Part shown: positions 51,643 through 64,000 of the stretch, piece after piece
Numbering within the stretch: the stretch's first letter is position 1
Layout of the letters: every line of letters starts with the position of its first letter
NCBI RefSeq assembly: GCF_009914755.1
Contig: NC_060928.1
Direction: 5' to 3' (one strand)
DNA from: the human T2T-CHM13v2.0 reference genome, Homo sapiens
DNA length: 64,000 bases
Position numbers and translations under genes: made by a program
The notes under the pieces: model-generated
What the model was told of the DNA's origin: nothing
Databases searched by the model: none
Seen by the model: only the letters and a program-made list of their open reading frames with translations

Positions 51643-52883
51643 AGTAAACATTAATTAAAATGTTGACTTGAATCTGAAGTGTAAGTCTCATTGGTTTACC
51701 AAACAGAAAAATAAATCCAAATTTAAAATTAAAAATTTGACTACCTGAAAGAGCTGTTGCCAAAAACATGCTTTATTATTTCACTCAATTCTTTGGCTAA
51801 CATGAAGATGCATTTAATGAGCTGGACACGTGACACAGCCAGAAATACATAATCTTCTCAATTCAATTGTTAAATCAGCTAAGAATGTTTGCGTAGTGTC
51901 CATTGGGCACAAAACGTTCTATTAATACTAGGTACTGTTTTGAGAAAGAACTTAGAACATAATTCTTATCTTCTGACACTTTACATGTAAAACGGAATGG
52001 ACTTTCAGTGAAGGCATCCGTCACTTTTCTGTACCCTATAGGGTAACAGACAAAGTCAGATACATGGTGGAAAGAACTACTGGAACCTAAAGCTGGTGGC
52101 CTAGGTAATCGAGATTTTCCTTAATGAAGGGAATCTAACTCTGTGAGGGAGTAAGGAATAAAAAAATGGACAAATACCTATGCATGAAGAAGATGAATAC
52201 TATAAACTAGTTTATGGGGCCTTGGTTAGTTACTTATTACATAAAAATATAAATAATTTTAGATGTAAATAGCAATGAGAAACAAAAAAGAAATTGCTGG
52301 TGAAAGAAATCTTTGCAGAGACTGGAGTTGAAGTCGTGGGCAAGAGGGTACTCTTGGGAATGCTATTTCTATATAGTCCTTTTCTTCCTCTAAATTAAAA
52401 TAATTTCATATCAATTTTGGCACTAATCAAATCACATTATCTTTGGGAAATATACATAAGGAAGCTGATTATTGAGGTAAATGTATAAAAATGTCCACAA
52501 GGTTTTAGCATCTTTTTCAGCTTCGTGAACCTAAACAATATCATTAATGTTTTGCAGCAAATACCAGCTACACTGGCCCTTTTATAGTTCCCAACAATAA
52601 ATGGGTATGCTTTTCCCAAATTAATGGCCTTTGGCCATGTTTTTCCTTTGCCTGAGATAATTTTCTCTTCTCTTCACAGAACTGGCTCTAGCTTATCCTT
52701 CCATGTAAGCTTAAATTTACCTCCTCAGAGAGGCCTTCAAGTACCTTATGGAAAGCTGGAAATACCTTCCTGTTTCCCCTCTTTTTTCTCTCTAACACAG
52801 CACCTTGATCATTGCCTTATTTATCATTTATCAAAAATTGAAGTAATATACTTATATGTTTATTTACTTATTAAATCTCCTAC

Positions 52884-53631
52884 TGTTACAGGATCCTTGG
52901 GGTGTCACTTTGCCAGCCAGAAACCTCTGTGGCCAGTGGCGCCTTTGCTCATGTTTTGCTCTGGCCTGCTGGGCTCATTCGGCCCACTCGGCCTGGCAGG
53001 CTATGCTCAGCTCATGCTACTGGTCTGGGTCCCACACCTGCCAAGGGTGAGCCCGTCATGGAGTGATGAGGGGTGTGTGAGGAAGTATGGGGTCTGGCCA
53101 CTGCACACAGCCAGGCATGCTGGCTGCAGCAGGGTGGGCAGCTCCAGGTGCTGGCATGAGCACCCGCTTCCTGCAAGTCTGTGGCTGGACCAGGCATACC
53201 ATAAGCAGCTTCCACAGCTGACACCAAGAATGCAGTGGTGCCTGGAAGCTTGGAGACATCAGGAACCATAGAGTTCCAAAGAGGGTGTTACAGCCTGGCT
53301 TAGGGAGCTCCTAGGTCTGGGCTCCCCAAAGGGTCGCAGCTCTTCTCTCCATCTCTTTTCTCTCCTTGTCACCCACAACATGGTGAGCAAGGGGCGTGTT
53401 TCAGCCCTGTTGGTGTTACAGCTCTTTTAGCCCGGCTATTTGGTGGGCCCCAAGTTCTTGTCCTGCGAACTGGAAGAATGAGGTATGCAGACAACTGAAG
53501 AGTGAGCAAGGTGAAGAAGAGCTTTATTGAGTGATAGAACAGCTCAGAGGAGACTTGCAGTGGGTCACTCCTTTCTGCAGCCAGGGTGTCCCGAAGAGTG
53601 TTCAGTTCCTAGCAGAGAGGAGCTGCCATCA
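52884..53631 (-). mobile_element. MER52-type ERV1 solo LTR, internally deleted, inserted in an L2 3' end
   Basis: Minus strand starts tgatggcagc and ends ggatcctgtaaca; 4-bp TSD ctac; GC-rich; L2-like flanks at about 52540-52883 and 53632-53750. Confidence 0.8.
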
Positions 53632-54462
53632 CTACTAGACCATATGCTCCAAAGGACATTCATTATTCTGTTTTATTCATTACTGTATACCAAACACCTA
53701 GCTCAGTGCTTAATACTGGTTGAAATTAAAAAAAAAATTGCCCAATGAATGTTCTCCACATATCAGTTAAATGATTAGAAGTCTAGACTATTCTTTAAAG
53801 AAGAAGCTGGATATTTCTTTTAGCATTCCTCTAGCTATTTATTGCTTACTTATATTTTGATTTATATTCAAGAACTCAGTTTGACAATGCTTTGTGGTTT
53901 CATTGACCAGAAATAAGAAATATGCAAAAATAATCAGATTTCCTGATCTCTTCTTAGAACCAGTGTTTTCTGATGACTCAAAATGCTATTCATGTGCAGG
54001 TTACCCTGAGAAAGATAGTAGAAGGTCTTTCTGTTCATTATTTGGCCATGACAAGCTCAGACATGAGGAATGATTCCACAAAGTATCATAATAAATATTA
54101 AATAAATAAAATTGTCACATATGCAGCATATTTGTCAAAATATAATTTTATCTAAGCATAAAGTGGATTTCATTTAAAAAGCTGTGATCTGAGAATATAA
54201 ATGTGTTTATTCCTTCTTAGATTTATTTCTTTTGATGTACCTATATTTGCATATTACTTTTAGTATCCTTATTTACATGTTTTTCAAAATTTGAGGCAGG
54301 AGACATAAAGGAATTAATCCATTCTACATATTTTTCTTGTTAAAAATGCTTTTTTGGGGGGCAGTTTTCCTTCCTTAATGGATTCTGAGATCCTAGCTAC
54401 AGATATTGCTAATGGACAGAGGAAATGTCTCCAAATGATTCTTGGATAGAGATTTTCTATAC

Positions 54463-54477
54463 TTATCTATATCTATC

Positions 54478-54520
<43 letters not shown>

Positions 54521-54537
54521 ATCTATCTATGTATCTA
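54463..54537. repeat. (TATC)n / GATA tetranucleotide microsatellite
   Basis: Ten perfect TATC units at 54481-54520 with degenerate flanks. Confidence 0.97.
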
Positions 54538-55014
54538 TTTATTGACATAAATATAGATATATATATGTATACATAAAAATATAATTCTTATAAGCTGTAA
54601 ATATTCATAGTGTTTTGAGAATTGCCATAGCTAAACTCAGCTGATGATGAAGATACTTCAAAATAATTATTTACACTTTTCAGCTATTTTTTTTAAACCT
54701 AGATTAAGCCTAGATTGACAAACTGGTAAAAGAAAAAGGAAATTTTACTCCTCGAGTTCATGCCACTTTTCACTGGGAAATATTCATCATGTAAAAGTGG
54801 TTCATAAATACCTGGACATTTTGCAATTTACCATGGTAGAAGTGTCCAATCTATATTATGCCCTAACATTGGAAGCCTCAATTTCTGCTATGACCACCCA
54901 ACTTCTTATATGTCTTATAAAGTATTTTTATGTTTTCAGGCGCTTCAACACTTTGTTTATAACAAATAAAAGCTTAATAACAACATATGCCTGTTTAAAA
55001 ATATATCACCACAA

Positions 55015-55903
55015 AACATTTTATATAATTTTTAATTTTCTTAAGAATTTTTAACATGTTATAGATATATATAGATACATCAGTGTAGTTGTTAAAAACT
55101 AAAAACACTTTTTATTAAATGGAGTCACTACTAAGCACAGTGAATAGGGACTTAGGGACTTGCAATTCTACTGTATCAAATTGAACATTATGATAAGTAT
55201 GATAATATGATTCTAGCTCTATGTTTATATTCAGTATTACAAAAGGAATATTTTCTAAAATATTAATATATGCTGGCAAATAGCCTTGTGTACCCATATG
55301 ATATACTTTTTCAGTTTCACCAAGTTATGTAATGATGATTCTTAATCGTTGAAAAATGTGCCCGTCCCTTAATCTTTTCTGTCTTTCTTAATCTAATCCA
55401 GTAATATGCATCATGGAATGAACTGATTTCAAAATGTAATCCAAGTTAACTCATAACAAGTGTTTAAAAAATACATTTATATTCAAATCTAAAAAATAAT
55501 AGTTTCAATGTGTTAAGTGAATATTACTCTAGGAGATGCATTTACTATATCTTTATACGCTATATCTGTTTTGAGTTATATATCTGCAGCAGCTGGTTAA
55601 AACTCTTAAAAATCTCCATTTCAACATAGAAATCCAAGTGTATGTTTTCTTAAAAGATACAATTGTAGCCTTACAAAATGTAAATCAAAAATATTAACAT
55701 TGTTATTATACTAATTCCCAGGTGCTCACAAGACTTTAAATGTTTATAAAGGTTAATAATTCTTTATAAGGGTTCTATGTCTTCAACAAATCTTCTACTT
55801 ATGCTTGTATTTGTGAGACAGATACATGATTTCAGATGAGGGAACTCTCACAAGAGAAACTCCAGTTCACCATGACAACACAGACCTCCTGCCACTTTGG
55901 ATC
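55015..55903 (-). other. ADH7: ADH7 3' UTR (distal end approximate)
   Basis: AT-rich non-repeat sequence after the stop, running to minus-strand poly(A) hexamers; cleavage site inferred only. Confidence 0.7.
55031..55116 (-). terminator. Candidate ADH7 polyadenylation signals
   Basis: tttatt (AATAAA on minus) at 55111-55116 and tttaat (ATTAAA) at 55031-55036, ~790 and ~870 nt after the stop. Confidence 0.6.
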
Positions 55904-55928
55904 TCAAAACGTCAGGACCGTTCGAATG
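55904..55928 (-). CDS. ADH7: ADH7 last coding exon (exon 9) including stop
   Basis: Acceptor ttttacatttcag|C, then (S)IRTVLTF-TGA, the typical ADH C-terminus; stop codon at 55904-55906. Confidence 0.96.
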
Positions 55929-57705
55929 CTGAAATGTAAAATGAGAGTTTTTAATGACTTGTTTTCATATCTTTCAAGAAAGGATAGTTTAAACAATTGT
56001 CCTTTCTATCTGTCATAGAAACTTCAAGTAAATTCTGTTATTGGAAATCCTCTGGGCTCAAAGTCCTTAACAATTAGTTTTCTTTGTTACGCAACTCTGA
56101 TAAGGGTATCTGAGCTAATTCTGAAAGCATCAGTATAATTTCAGTATGCCAACAAGAGGGAAGTGGTTTCCAGGTTGAGGAGAAAGCATGAACAAGCCTA
56201 GGAACATGTGAACAGGAAAGGTAATCCAATATGTTTAGATTTCTGGGTGCCCAAGAGATCCTGCAAGTAGATGAGACCTACTTCCCTCACTTTATCCCAA
56301 AAGCCTGCTGCAGAGGGTGATAGAATGAATGCCAAATTCTTAACTGTTGAAACAAAATAGGTTTTAGTTCAATAATAAAGGCTTTCAAAACCATGCTAAG
56401 ACATTGGCATTTTGGCAAAACTTGAGCTTGGCAGCTTAGTGAAAGACTAACTGGAATGTATTTTAATACAGAAGGTGGAAAACCTATTATCTCACTACCA
56501 TGTCCATGTCAGAAATGATTAGACTGAATTAAAGCAATGAGCGTGGGCAATGAGATGAGGGATTCTGAAGGAGAAATCAAGGGTTGCATCATCAAGGCTT
56601 AGAATTGGTTTGTATGTGGTAGGCAAGAGTGAAAAAGAAGTCAGACATGATGCTATGGCTTCTCATCTATAAAAGAGGAACGCATAATATAATGACTGAG
56701 ATAAAAATTACTGGCGAAAAAATATTTCCAAGTGGGACATTCAAATAGAGCTGTGCAGGAAGTAGGTGGAAATTGAAGAGTTTAGGTTTACAAATGTTAG
56801 TTTGGATGTCCCTGCTTTAAGGTGATATTTGAAGCAAAATTCCTGAAAGCAGAATTTATGTTTCTTTGGAAAACAAATAGTAATTATTTTCCAAGCAGGC
56901 CATACTAAGCTGTTAGTTTTGCTTATCTGAGTAAAGTAGTACTGAGTGGTTCTGACAGTTTTTCTTACAAAATCCCATTGTTTACTTGCTTAAAAAAATG
57001 TATGTTCATAATATGATGATCCTGTAGGCTAGACCAAATGTGGAGACAAGACACAACATTGAAAAATCTCTCAGGTAAAAAAAAAAATTAGTAAAAATTT
57101 GGATCTCAATATACAGTTCCTTTTACTAATGAAATCCACGTCCTTGGCACATAGTGGAAGCTCAATAATTATTTATAGGCCCAATGAGTGAAAGTCATTT
57201 CATCTTGTAGACAGGCTTTTTGATTGCTGTTTGAGACCTCCATGAGGTAGATGTTGTAGATAAAATTTGCATGAATTCATACTTGACCTCTATCCTTGCC
57301 CAACCCTCAGAAGCAACAAGAGTAGTAATCATCACACCCATGTTTACCCAAAGCTTGCCAAGCTCTGTCAGAGAAGTTTGTTATATGGTCAAAAGAGCAC
57401 AAGTTTTGCAATTAGTTTATATCCTGGCACTACCCCAGGAGGTTTGACCAGTTATTTATTTGCTTTCACAACCTTGGTCTTCATCTAAAAATGGTAAAAA
57501 TAATACCTGGCTTACAGGGATCTGAATAATGCACATTTGAGAAAGCACTTTGAAAACTGTAAAATAAGGAAATTTTGTGGCCTACTTGAAATAAATAGCA
57601 GCTTTATGATGAAATAAAAATAGCCACAATGAAATCAACTAGGTAAACAAAATCCAAAAGATTTTAAAAAATTGATTAATATAGTACAATGGCATACTAA
57701 GTTGG

Positions 57706-58086
57706 TGATATGGTTAGACTTTGTGTCCCCACCCAAATCTCATCTTGAATTATAATCCCTATAATCCCTACATGTCAAGGGAGAGACCAGGTGGAGGTAA
57801 TTGAATCATGGGGCAGTTTCCCTCATGCTGTTCTCATGATAGTGAGTGAGTTTTCACAAGATCTGATGGTTTTGTAAGGGGCTCTTCCCGCTTTGCTCGA
57901 CACTTCTCCTTCCTGCAGCCTGTGAAGAAGGTGCCTTGCTTCCTCTTTGCCTTCCACCATGATTATAAGTTTCCTGAAGCCCCCAGCCATGCTGAACTGT
58001 GAGTCAATTGAATCTGTTTGCTTTATAAATGACCCAGTCTCGGGCAGTTTTTTTTTTTTATAGTAGTATGAAAATACACTAATGCA
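57706..58086 (+). mobile_element. THE1D-like solo LTR in the last ADH7 intron, antisense to the gene
   Basis: tgatatggttagactttgtgtcccc...ctaatgca; TSD gttgg/gtggg. Confidence 0.92.
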
Positions 58087-58232
58087 GTGGGTAAAGAGAA
58101 GTAATTAGCTGTATCAATCTGGCTAGATTAAATAATTAGAAATAAAATATGAAGAAAACAGGCACATTTATAAGTACTAAATTTTAAAAGTAGCCTGTGG
58201 AGAAGAGACAAGATCATCATAAGAAACAGTTA

Positions 58233-58397
<165 letters not shown>

Positions 58398-58439
58398 TTA
58401 GACATTACTAAATAATCCTTATCTTTTATTATGTTATAT

Positions 58440-60530
58440 TTATTCCTTCTCTTTCCTGCACTATGACTTTCCCTGTGTTAGATCATTCCCAGCAGTGTAC
58501 AAATAAGCTGTATTTGTCCCAGCATAAGAAACAAAAGTTATGCAGCCATAAAAAAGAATGAGTTCATGTCCTTTGCAGGGACATGGATGAAGCTGGAAAC
58601 CATCATTCTCAGCAAACTAACACAGGAACAAAAAACCAAACACCGCACGTTCTCACTCGTAAGTGGGAGTTGAACAATGAGAACACATGGACACAGGGAG
58701 GGGAATGACACATACCAGGGCCTGTCGGTGGGTGGCAGGCAAGGGGAGGGAGAGCATTAAGACAAATACCTAATGCATGCGGGGCTTAAAACCTAGATGA
58801 TGGGTTGATGGGTGCAGCAAACCACCATGGCACTTGTATTCCAACGTAACGAACCTGCACGTTCTGCACATGTATCCCAGAACTTAAAGTAGAATAAAAA
58901 TTAAATTAAATTAAAAAGAAACAAAGGTTAAAAAAACTCTTCTGATACCCACATCTCCTTCCAGTCACCCCATATCTTTGCTTCTATTGCAGAGAAACTT
59001 CTTTACTTTACAGAAAGAATTGTCTTCAGTTCACTGTTTCTGGATCCTGTTCCTTTCCTCTCACCCTCTCTGAGCCCACTCTGATTACGCTCTTGCCCCC
59101 AGCACTGTCCTGTAATGGATATCATCAAGGTCATCTTTGAGCTCCATTTTGACCCAGACAGGGGTCATTTCTCAGTCCTCCTCTTATATGAACTGTTAGG
59201 TATAACTGATACTGTTGGTGGCTCCCCTTTTCTGAAACACTCTGTTCCCTTAGCTTCTAGATACTACATCGTCATCATCATTGTCACTTTCCTTGCTCAC
59301 TAGTTACTTCTTCCACAGATCTTTGCTGGGTCCTCTACATCTCCCAGACCTCTAACTCCAACGATTCCTAGGGCTTGGTCCTTGGTCCATTTCTGTTCTT
59401 TATCTACATTTACTTCTAGGGTGACCTCCTCTGGTCTTGTGGCTTTCGATATACTCCTCTTAAAATACTTAGGTTTCTATACCCATCCTAAACCTCTACC
59501 TGTACTACAGACTCATAGCCAATTGCCTACATTTTATAGACATCTTTATTCAGGTATCTCACAGGTACCTGCACAAGTGTAACCTGCCCCAAACCACTCC
59601 TGGTTTCTACCACTTCCACCCTAGCCCCCAATCTATTCCTTCTATAGTCTTCCTTCTCAATAAATGATGATGGTGACATGATTCCTGTTGCTTAGGCCCA
59701 AAAATCTTGGATGCTACTCTTTTTGCCATACAATAACTATTTCGGCAAATTTTGTTGACTCTATCTTCAAAATGTATCCAAGAGCTGACTACTTCTCACC
59801 AGCCCCATCACTCCAAGCCAGCATCCTTTCCTTCCAGCATTATAATGACTTCTTCCATGCTCTCCCTGCTTGTGCCCTTTGCCCCATTTAGAGTATTCCC
59901 CATAGAGCAGCCAGAAGGAGAGTGTTAAAATGGAAGTCAGATCAGGTGACACCTCCCTCAGAAGCCTCTGTGGTTTTATTTCTCTCTCAGAATAAACTCC
60001 TAAAACCTTGCAATGGCCCAAAGGCCCCATATAATTTAAGGTCCTCTGACCCCAGCTGTGACTGTTCTTCTGTCCTCACTCTGTTGTAGCCATACTGACC
60101 TTTTCCCCGTTCTTATGGTTCTTGCCAACACCCTGTTGTATTTACTACGTCTCCTTCCTGGAATATTCTTTCCCAAGATTTCTGAATATCTTATTTATGT
60201 TTTTGCTCCAATGTTACCTTATCAAGGAGGCCTTCCTTGAACTTTATAAAATAGCTTTCACCTCCACCTCCACCCCAGTCCTCTGGCACTGCCCGTTACC
60301 CATCCTTTATTATTATCCTTTGCACTTGTAACCTTATGGTATATTCTGCATTCATTTATTTATTGTCAGTCTCTCTATACCAAAGTGAGAGGATTCTCAC
60401 ACTTCCTGAGATCAGGGACTTGGTATGTTTTGTCTCTTCTCCGTTCCTAGCTCCTGGAATGGTACACTATGTACACAATGGTACCTGTACTCAGTATACA
60501 CTCAACAAATATTTGCTGAATAACTGAATT
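58440..60530 (+). mobile_element. L2 LINE, long degraded 3' portion, interrupted by the L1PA fragment
   Basis: Pyrimidine-rich L2 text (ctatcttcaaaatgtatcc, agcagccagaagg) ending ctcaacaaatatttgctgaataactgaat. Confidence 0.75.
58541..58915 (+). mobile_element. L1PA 3'-end fragment in ADH7 intron 7
   Basis: gcagccataaaaaagaatgagttcatgtcctttgcaggg...cccagaacttaaagt; 15-bp TSD aagaaacaaa(a/g)gtta. Confidence 0.93.
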
Positions 60531-61741
60531 TTACCTCTAATATTCCTGAATAATCTATAATCTTCCCACTTCCCACAAATAGTCAAAGCAAGGAGGTTCA
60601 ACTTCTTATATCTCTTATTGTTTTGTTCTTCAAGTTTCATTTTCCCTAAAAAGCCTTCTCTATAAAACCTCATCCATACCAACTAGCCTCTTGCTTTTTT
60701 ATGCCCCAAGTAATGTTGCAGAAAGAGGAAAAACTTTGTTCTCCCATGGACCAGCTTTAAATCTCAGTTCTCAACTTGAGAGCTATAGGGGCAAAAAACT
60801 TAATAGTTCCAAGTCTCAGTTTTATTATTCATTAAGTAGCTTCCTCAGAGAGTTACTGAGAAATAAAATAAACTTCAAACACATTAATGTAAAACTTTTA
60901 ACATAGAATAAATGCTAAAAAACTCCTCTTATAATTTGTTTTATAATATTTATAGCTGCACTTATTTTTATATTCTTTCTTTTATATTTGTTTTTGTATC
61001 CTTCGCTACATTATGTACTTCTCTAAGTGAAGAACAATCATTTTCTCCTTTTTATACTCTTAACAAGTACTTGAATAGTTACTATTCTCTTATATTGTAT
61101 AAAGCAGACTCTAATATTGGGAGTACCTTCAAAGCACCCAGTACAACTCTGTATGAAGGCACTAGAAAACGAGACTTTGTGAAGGAGGGAAAAAGAAGGA
61201 CTCACTGTGTCACCTACCTTGAGCAGAGTGGCCCTGGCTCCATCTCTCCTAAAACAATATTAATTGTTGAGTGATAATCTAAGTCCTTCCAGTGTGAATC
61301 TGAACTGTTCCCATAAAATGTGACAATCCCTTTTGTTGTTGTTGTTGGTTTTGGCTTTGGGTCCAGGATTTTTGTTGGTGCTATTATGAATTGAATAAAT
61401 TCACTTTAATACACATTCTTGTGTATATTAATAATAATGGATTAAATCGGAACTTCCTGTTACATAATTCATCCCTATAGAAACACTACTGGTGTCTCTC
61501 ATTCAGGCCTTTGGGGAACTTGAGTTGCAGATGTTAATATTAAAAATGCGTCCACCAATATTAGTCCTACATCAAGGTGAGGAGTGGAGAATTATCTTTT
61601 GTGTTATTATGATCACAGTTCCATTTTAGATCACTTCATACTCATTCTTGGAAGAAAGGCCTGAGGAAACAGGCTTCTCCCACTTGCCAAGCACCAGAGT
61701 GAAAGCCATCACTCCCCATCCAGAGGCTTTGCTTTCCTGAC

Positions 61742-61877
61742 CTCCAAAGACACATCCCTTCCATGTGCGTCCAGTGAAGAGCAACATCGGGTCATAGGTG
61801 AGCATCTTGGCTGATGGAGGAACTCCTACAACCACGCTGGTCCCATAGTTCATGTGGCAGGATGCCAGGGCATCAAT
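61742..61877 (-). CDS. ADH7: ADH7 coding exon 7
   Basis: 136 bp, acceptor tttaaactcag|ATT, donor GGAG|gtcagg; IDALASCHMNYGTSVVVGVPPSAKMLTYDPMLLFTGRTWKGCVFG, in frame with the previous exon. Confidence 0.97.
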
Positions 61878-63273
61878 CTGAGTTTAAAACGGAGGAGATC
61901 GTTTGCTTCCTGTGTCTCTTACAGTGTGACATAAGCTCTGAAATGACCTATGTACTATGACAAAGTCATGAAATTAAATTAAGCCACCTTGTTTTTTACT
62001 TGCTTTAAAAAAATTTCAGTGCAACTTTAGTCCTTAATTAAATTTCTATACACATTTGCCCTTTAAGGCAGAAACAGCAATCAATGTGGTCAGTGTTTGT
62101 GGCATTTTTAGTGTACCATGGACTAAAATACAAGGGAAATTCTTGTGATATTTTCATACCAATATCACCACTTCAGATAAGCCTTAGAAAGCCATTTGAA
62201 CCAAACTAAATTGAATTAAGTATACCAAATCATTTAGCGTAGTTTTTTTTTTAAGTTTAGTCTTAAAATTAAATAAAATACTAAAATGTGGGACAAAAGA
62301 GTCCCTTTTCTTGGGAGCATTTCTGAGACTAACCTCACATTTTCTGGTCATTAACCCATCCAGTTATTAAGCAATAATTTAATACTTGCTAGATTGGAGC
62401 AACAGATGGCATTGTTTTTAGAGACCAGCCTTCATCAAGTAGCAACTGGAAATCAGTAGGCTCTAATGATATATCCAGTATCACATATGGCTTCAAAAAC
62501 TTATGACCTAGAATGCTATTTGTTGATATGAAATAAATCTAAGTGATTCACTAGGAAAGAAATATGACAGCAATGATAAATTAAGGACTATTTATTCTTA
62601 AATTACCAAAAGCATTAAGGTGAGTTAATCTGCCACTCAATCTTGAGCAAAAGTGGCTTTATTCCATTTTTCCAAGTCTCTTTACGCTATGCCAGGTTGG
62701 AACTTTCTAGTTCCAGGAATCTCAGATCTGTTTTACAGGTCTAACTGAAGGTCTGGTGCTGCGGGCTGCCATACAGGTGGCATGGTTAGAAAATTGAAGG
62801 TTCATATTCTAAGGGAATTCAGATGAGGGCAAACAAAGCTCAGATGTAAAGAGTGAGAAGGTCGATGGATCACAGATTTGGGGGAATAGACCACAACATT
62901 TGGAATAATCCCTTTTCACCTCTCCTCAGTCACCTTCTGATGCTTACTTTGCTGACATTCAAGAGACAGAATTGCTTTCGCCAAGAAATCTACATATACA
63001 AGGAAGATCCTACTTAAAACAATTATCTAGAAGGGTTGACTACCTTGCCATCTAGTCAGCTGAGAGTGGTATGATATGGTATTTAACTTTGGTCCAGTGA
63101 ACCTGCTCTTAAGTGTTTGACTTTTTAGGCAAAATTGCTATGTGATTATCAGTTTTTGCCTGAGTAAAACTGACTATCGCAGAGATATTTCCATTATTGA
63201 CTATTAATAAAGTTATAGACAATTAAATTTACCTTGTGCATATCTAATAACTTGGGTATTTTGTGGCTTCTCA

Positions 63274-63576
<303 letters not shown>

Positions 63577-63624
63577 TTAGGTGTTAGGGTCAAAAAGTGA
63601 AACCTGAAAAGGGCCTCCAGTTAA

Positions 63625-64000
63625 AAACACAAATCATGAGTGAACTCCCATTCACAATTGCTACAAAGAGAATAAAATATCTAGGAATACAACTTACAAG
63701 GGATGTGAAGGACCTCTTCAAGGAGAATTACAAACCACTGCTCAAGGAAATAAGAGAGGACACAAACAAATGGAAAAATTCCATGCTCATGCATAGGAAG
63801 AATCAATATCGTGAAAATGGCCATACTGCCCAAAGTAATTTATAGATTCAATGTTATCCCTATCAAGCTACCATTTACTTTCTACACAGAATTAGAAAAA
63901 AACTACTTTAAATTTCATCTAGAACCAAAAAAGAGCCCATATAGCCAAGACAATCCTAAGCCAAAAAAACAAAGCTGGAGGCATCATGCTACCAGCCTTC
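63625..64000 (+). mobile_element. L1PA ORF2 segment, 5'-truncated, runs off the window; intronic and antisense to ADH7
   Basis: [49 protein letters not shown], followed by a frameshift. Confidence 0.95.

Noticed and set aside
52624-53271. 215-aa plus-strand ORF
   Set aside because: Spans an L2 remnant and antisense MER52; no recognisable domain.
60912-61274. 120-aa plus-strand ORF in ADH7 intron 7
   Set aside because: Low-complexity AT-rich translation with no family resemblance.

Overview
Primate (very likely human) genomic DNA, not prokaryotic. The only host protein-coding sequence is the 3' half of ADH7 (class IV/sigma alcohol dehydrogenase) on the minus strand: four exons (63289-63549, 61742-61877, 58234-58372, 55904-55928) with canonical GT-AG junctions that splice in frame to ...SGQSIRTVLTF*. 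The other ~55 kb is the repeat-rich spacer downstream of ADH7, which from recalled gene order in the 4q23 ADH cluster leads to the ADH1C promoter just left of the window. It holds a solo LTR12, a two-LTR HERV-K(HML-3)/HERVK9 provirus nested in an L1MA, a second L1MA, a twin-primed L1PA, THE1/MST/MLT/MER4/MER52 LTRs, hAT elements and Alus. Nearly all ORFs in the track are repeat-derived or spurious. I found no new coding system. The best leads are non-coding: an HNF1+HNF4 motif cluster at ~46.4 kb, a FOXA/HNF4/E-box cluster at ~26.7 kb, two scars resembling templated-insertion DNA repair (4.9-5.5 kb, 23.3-23.5 kb), and a cryptic PTC-introducing acceptor 54 nt upstream of ADH7 exon 6. Repeat subfamily names are from recognition by eye and need Dfam/RepeatMasker confirmation.
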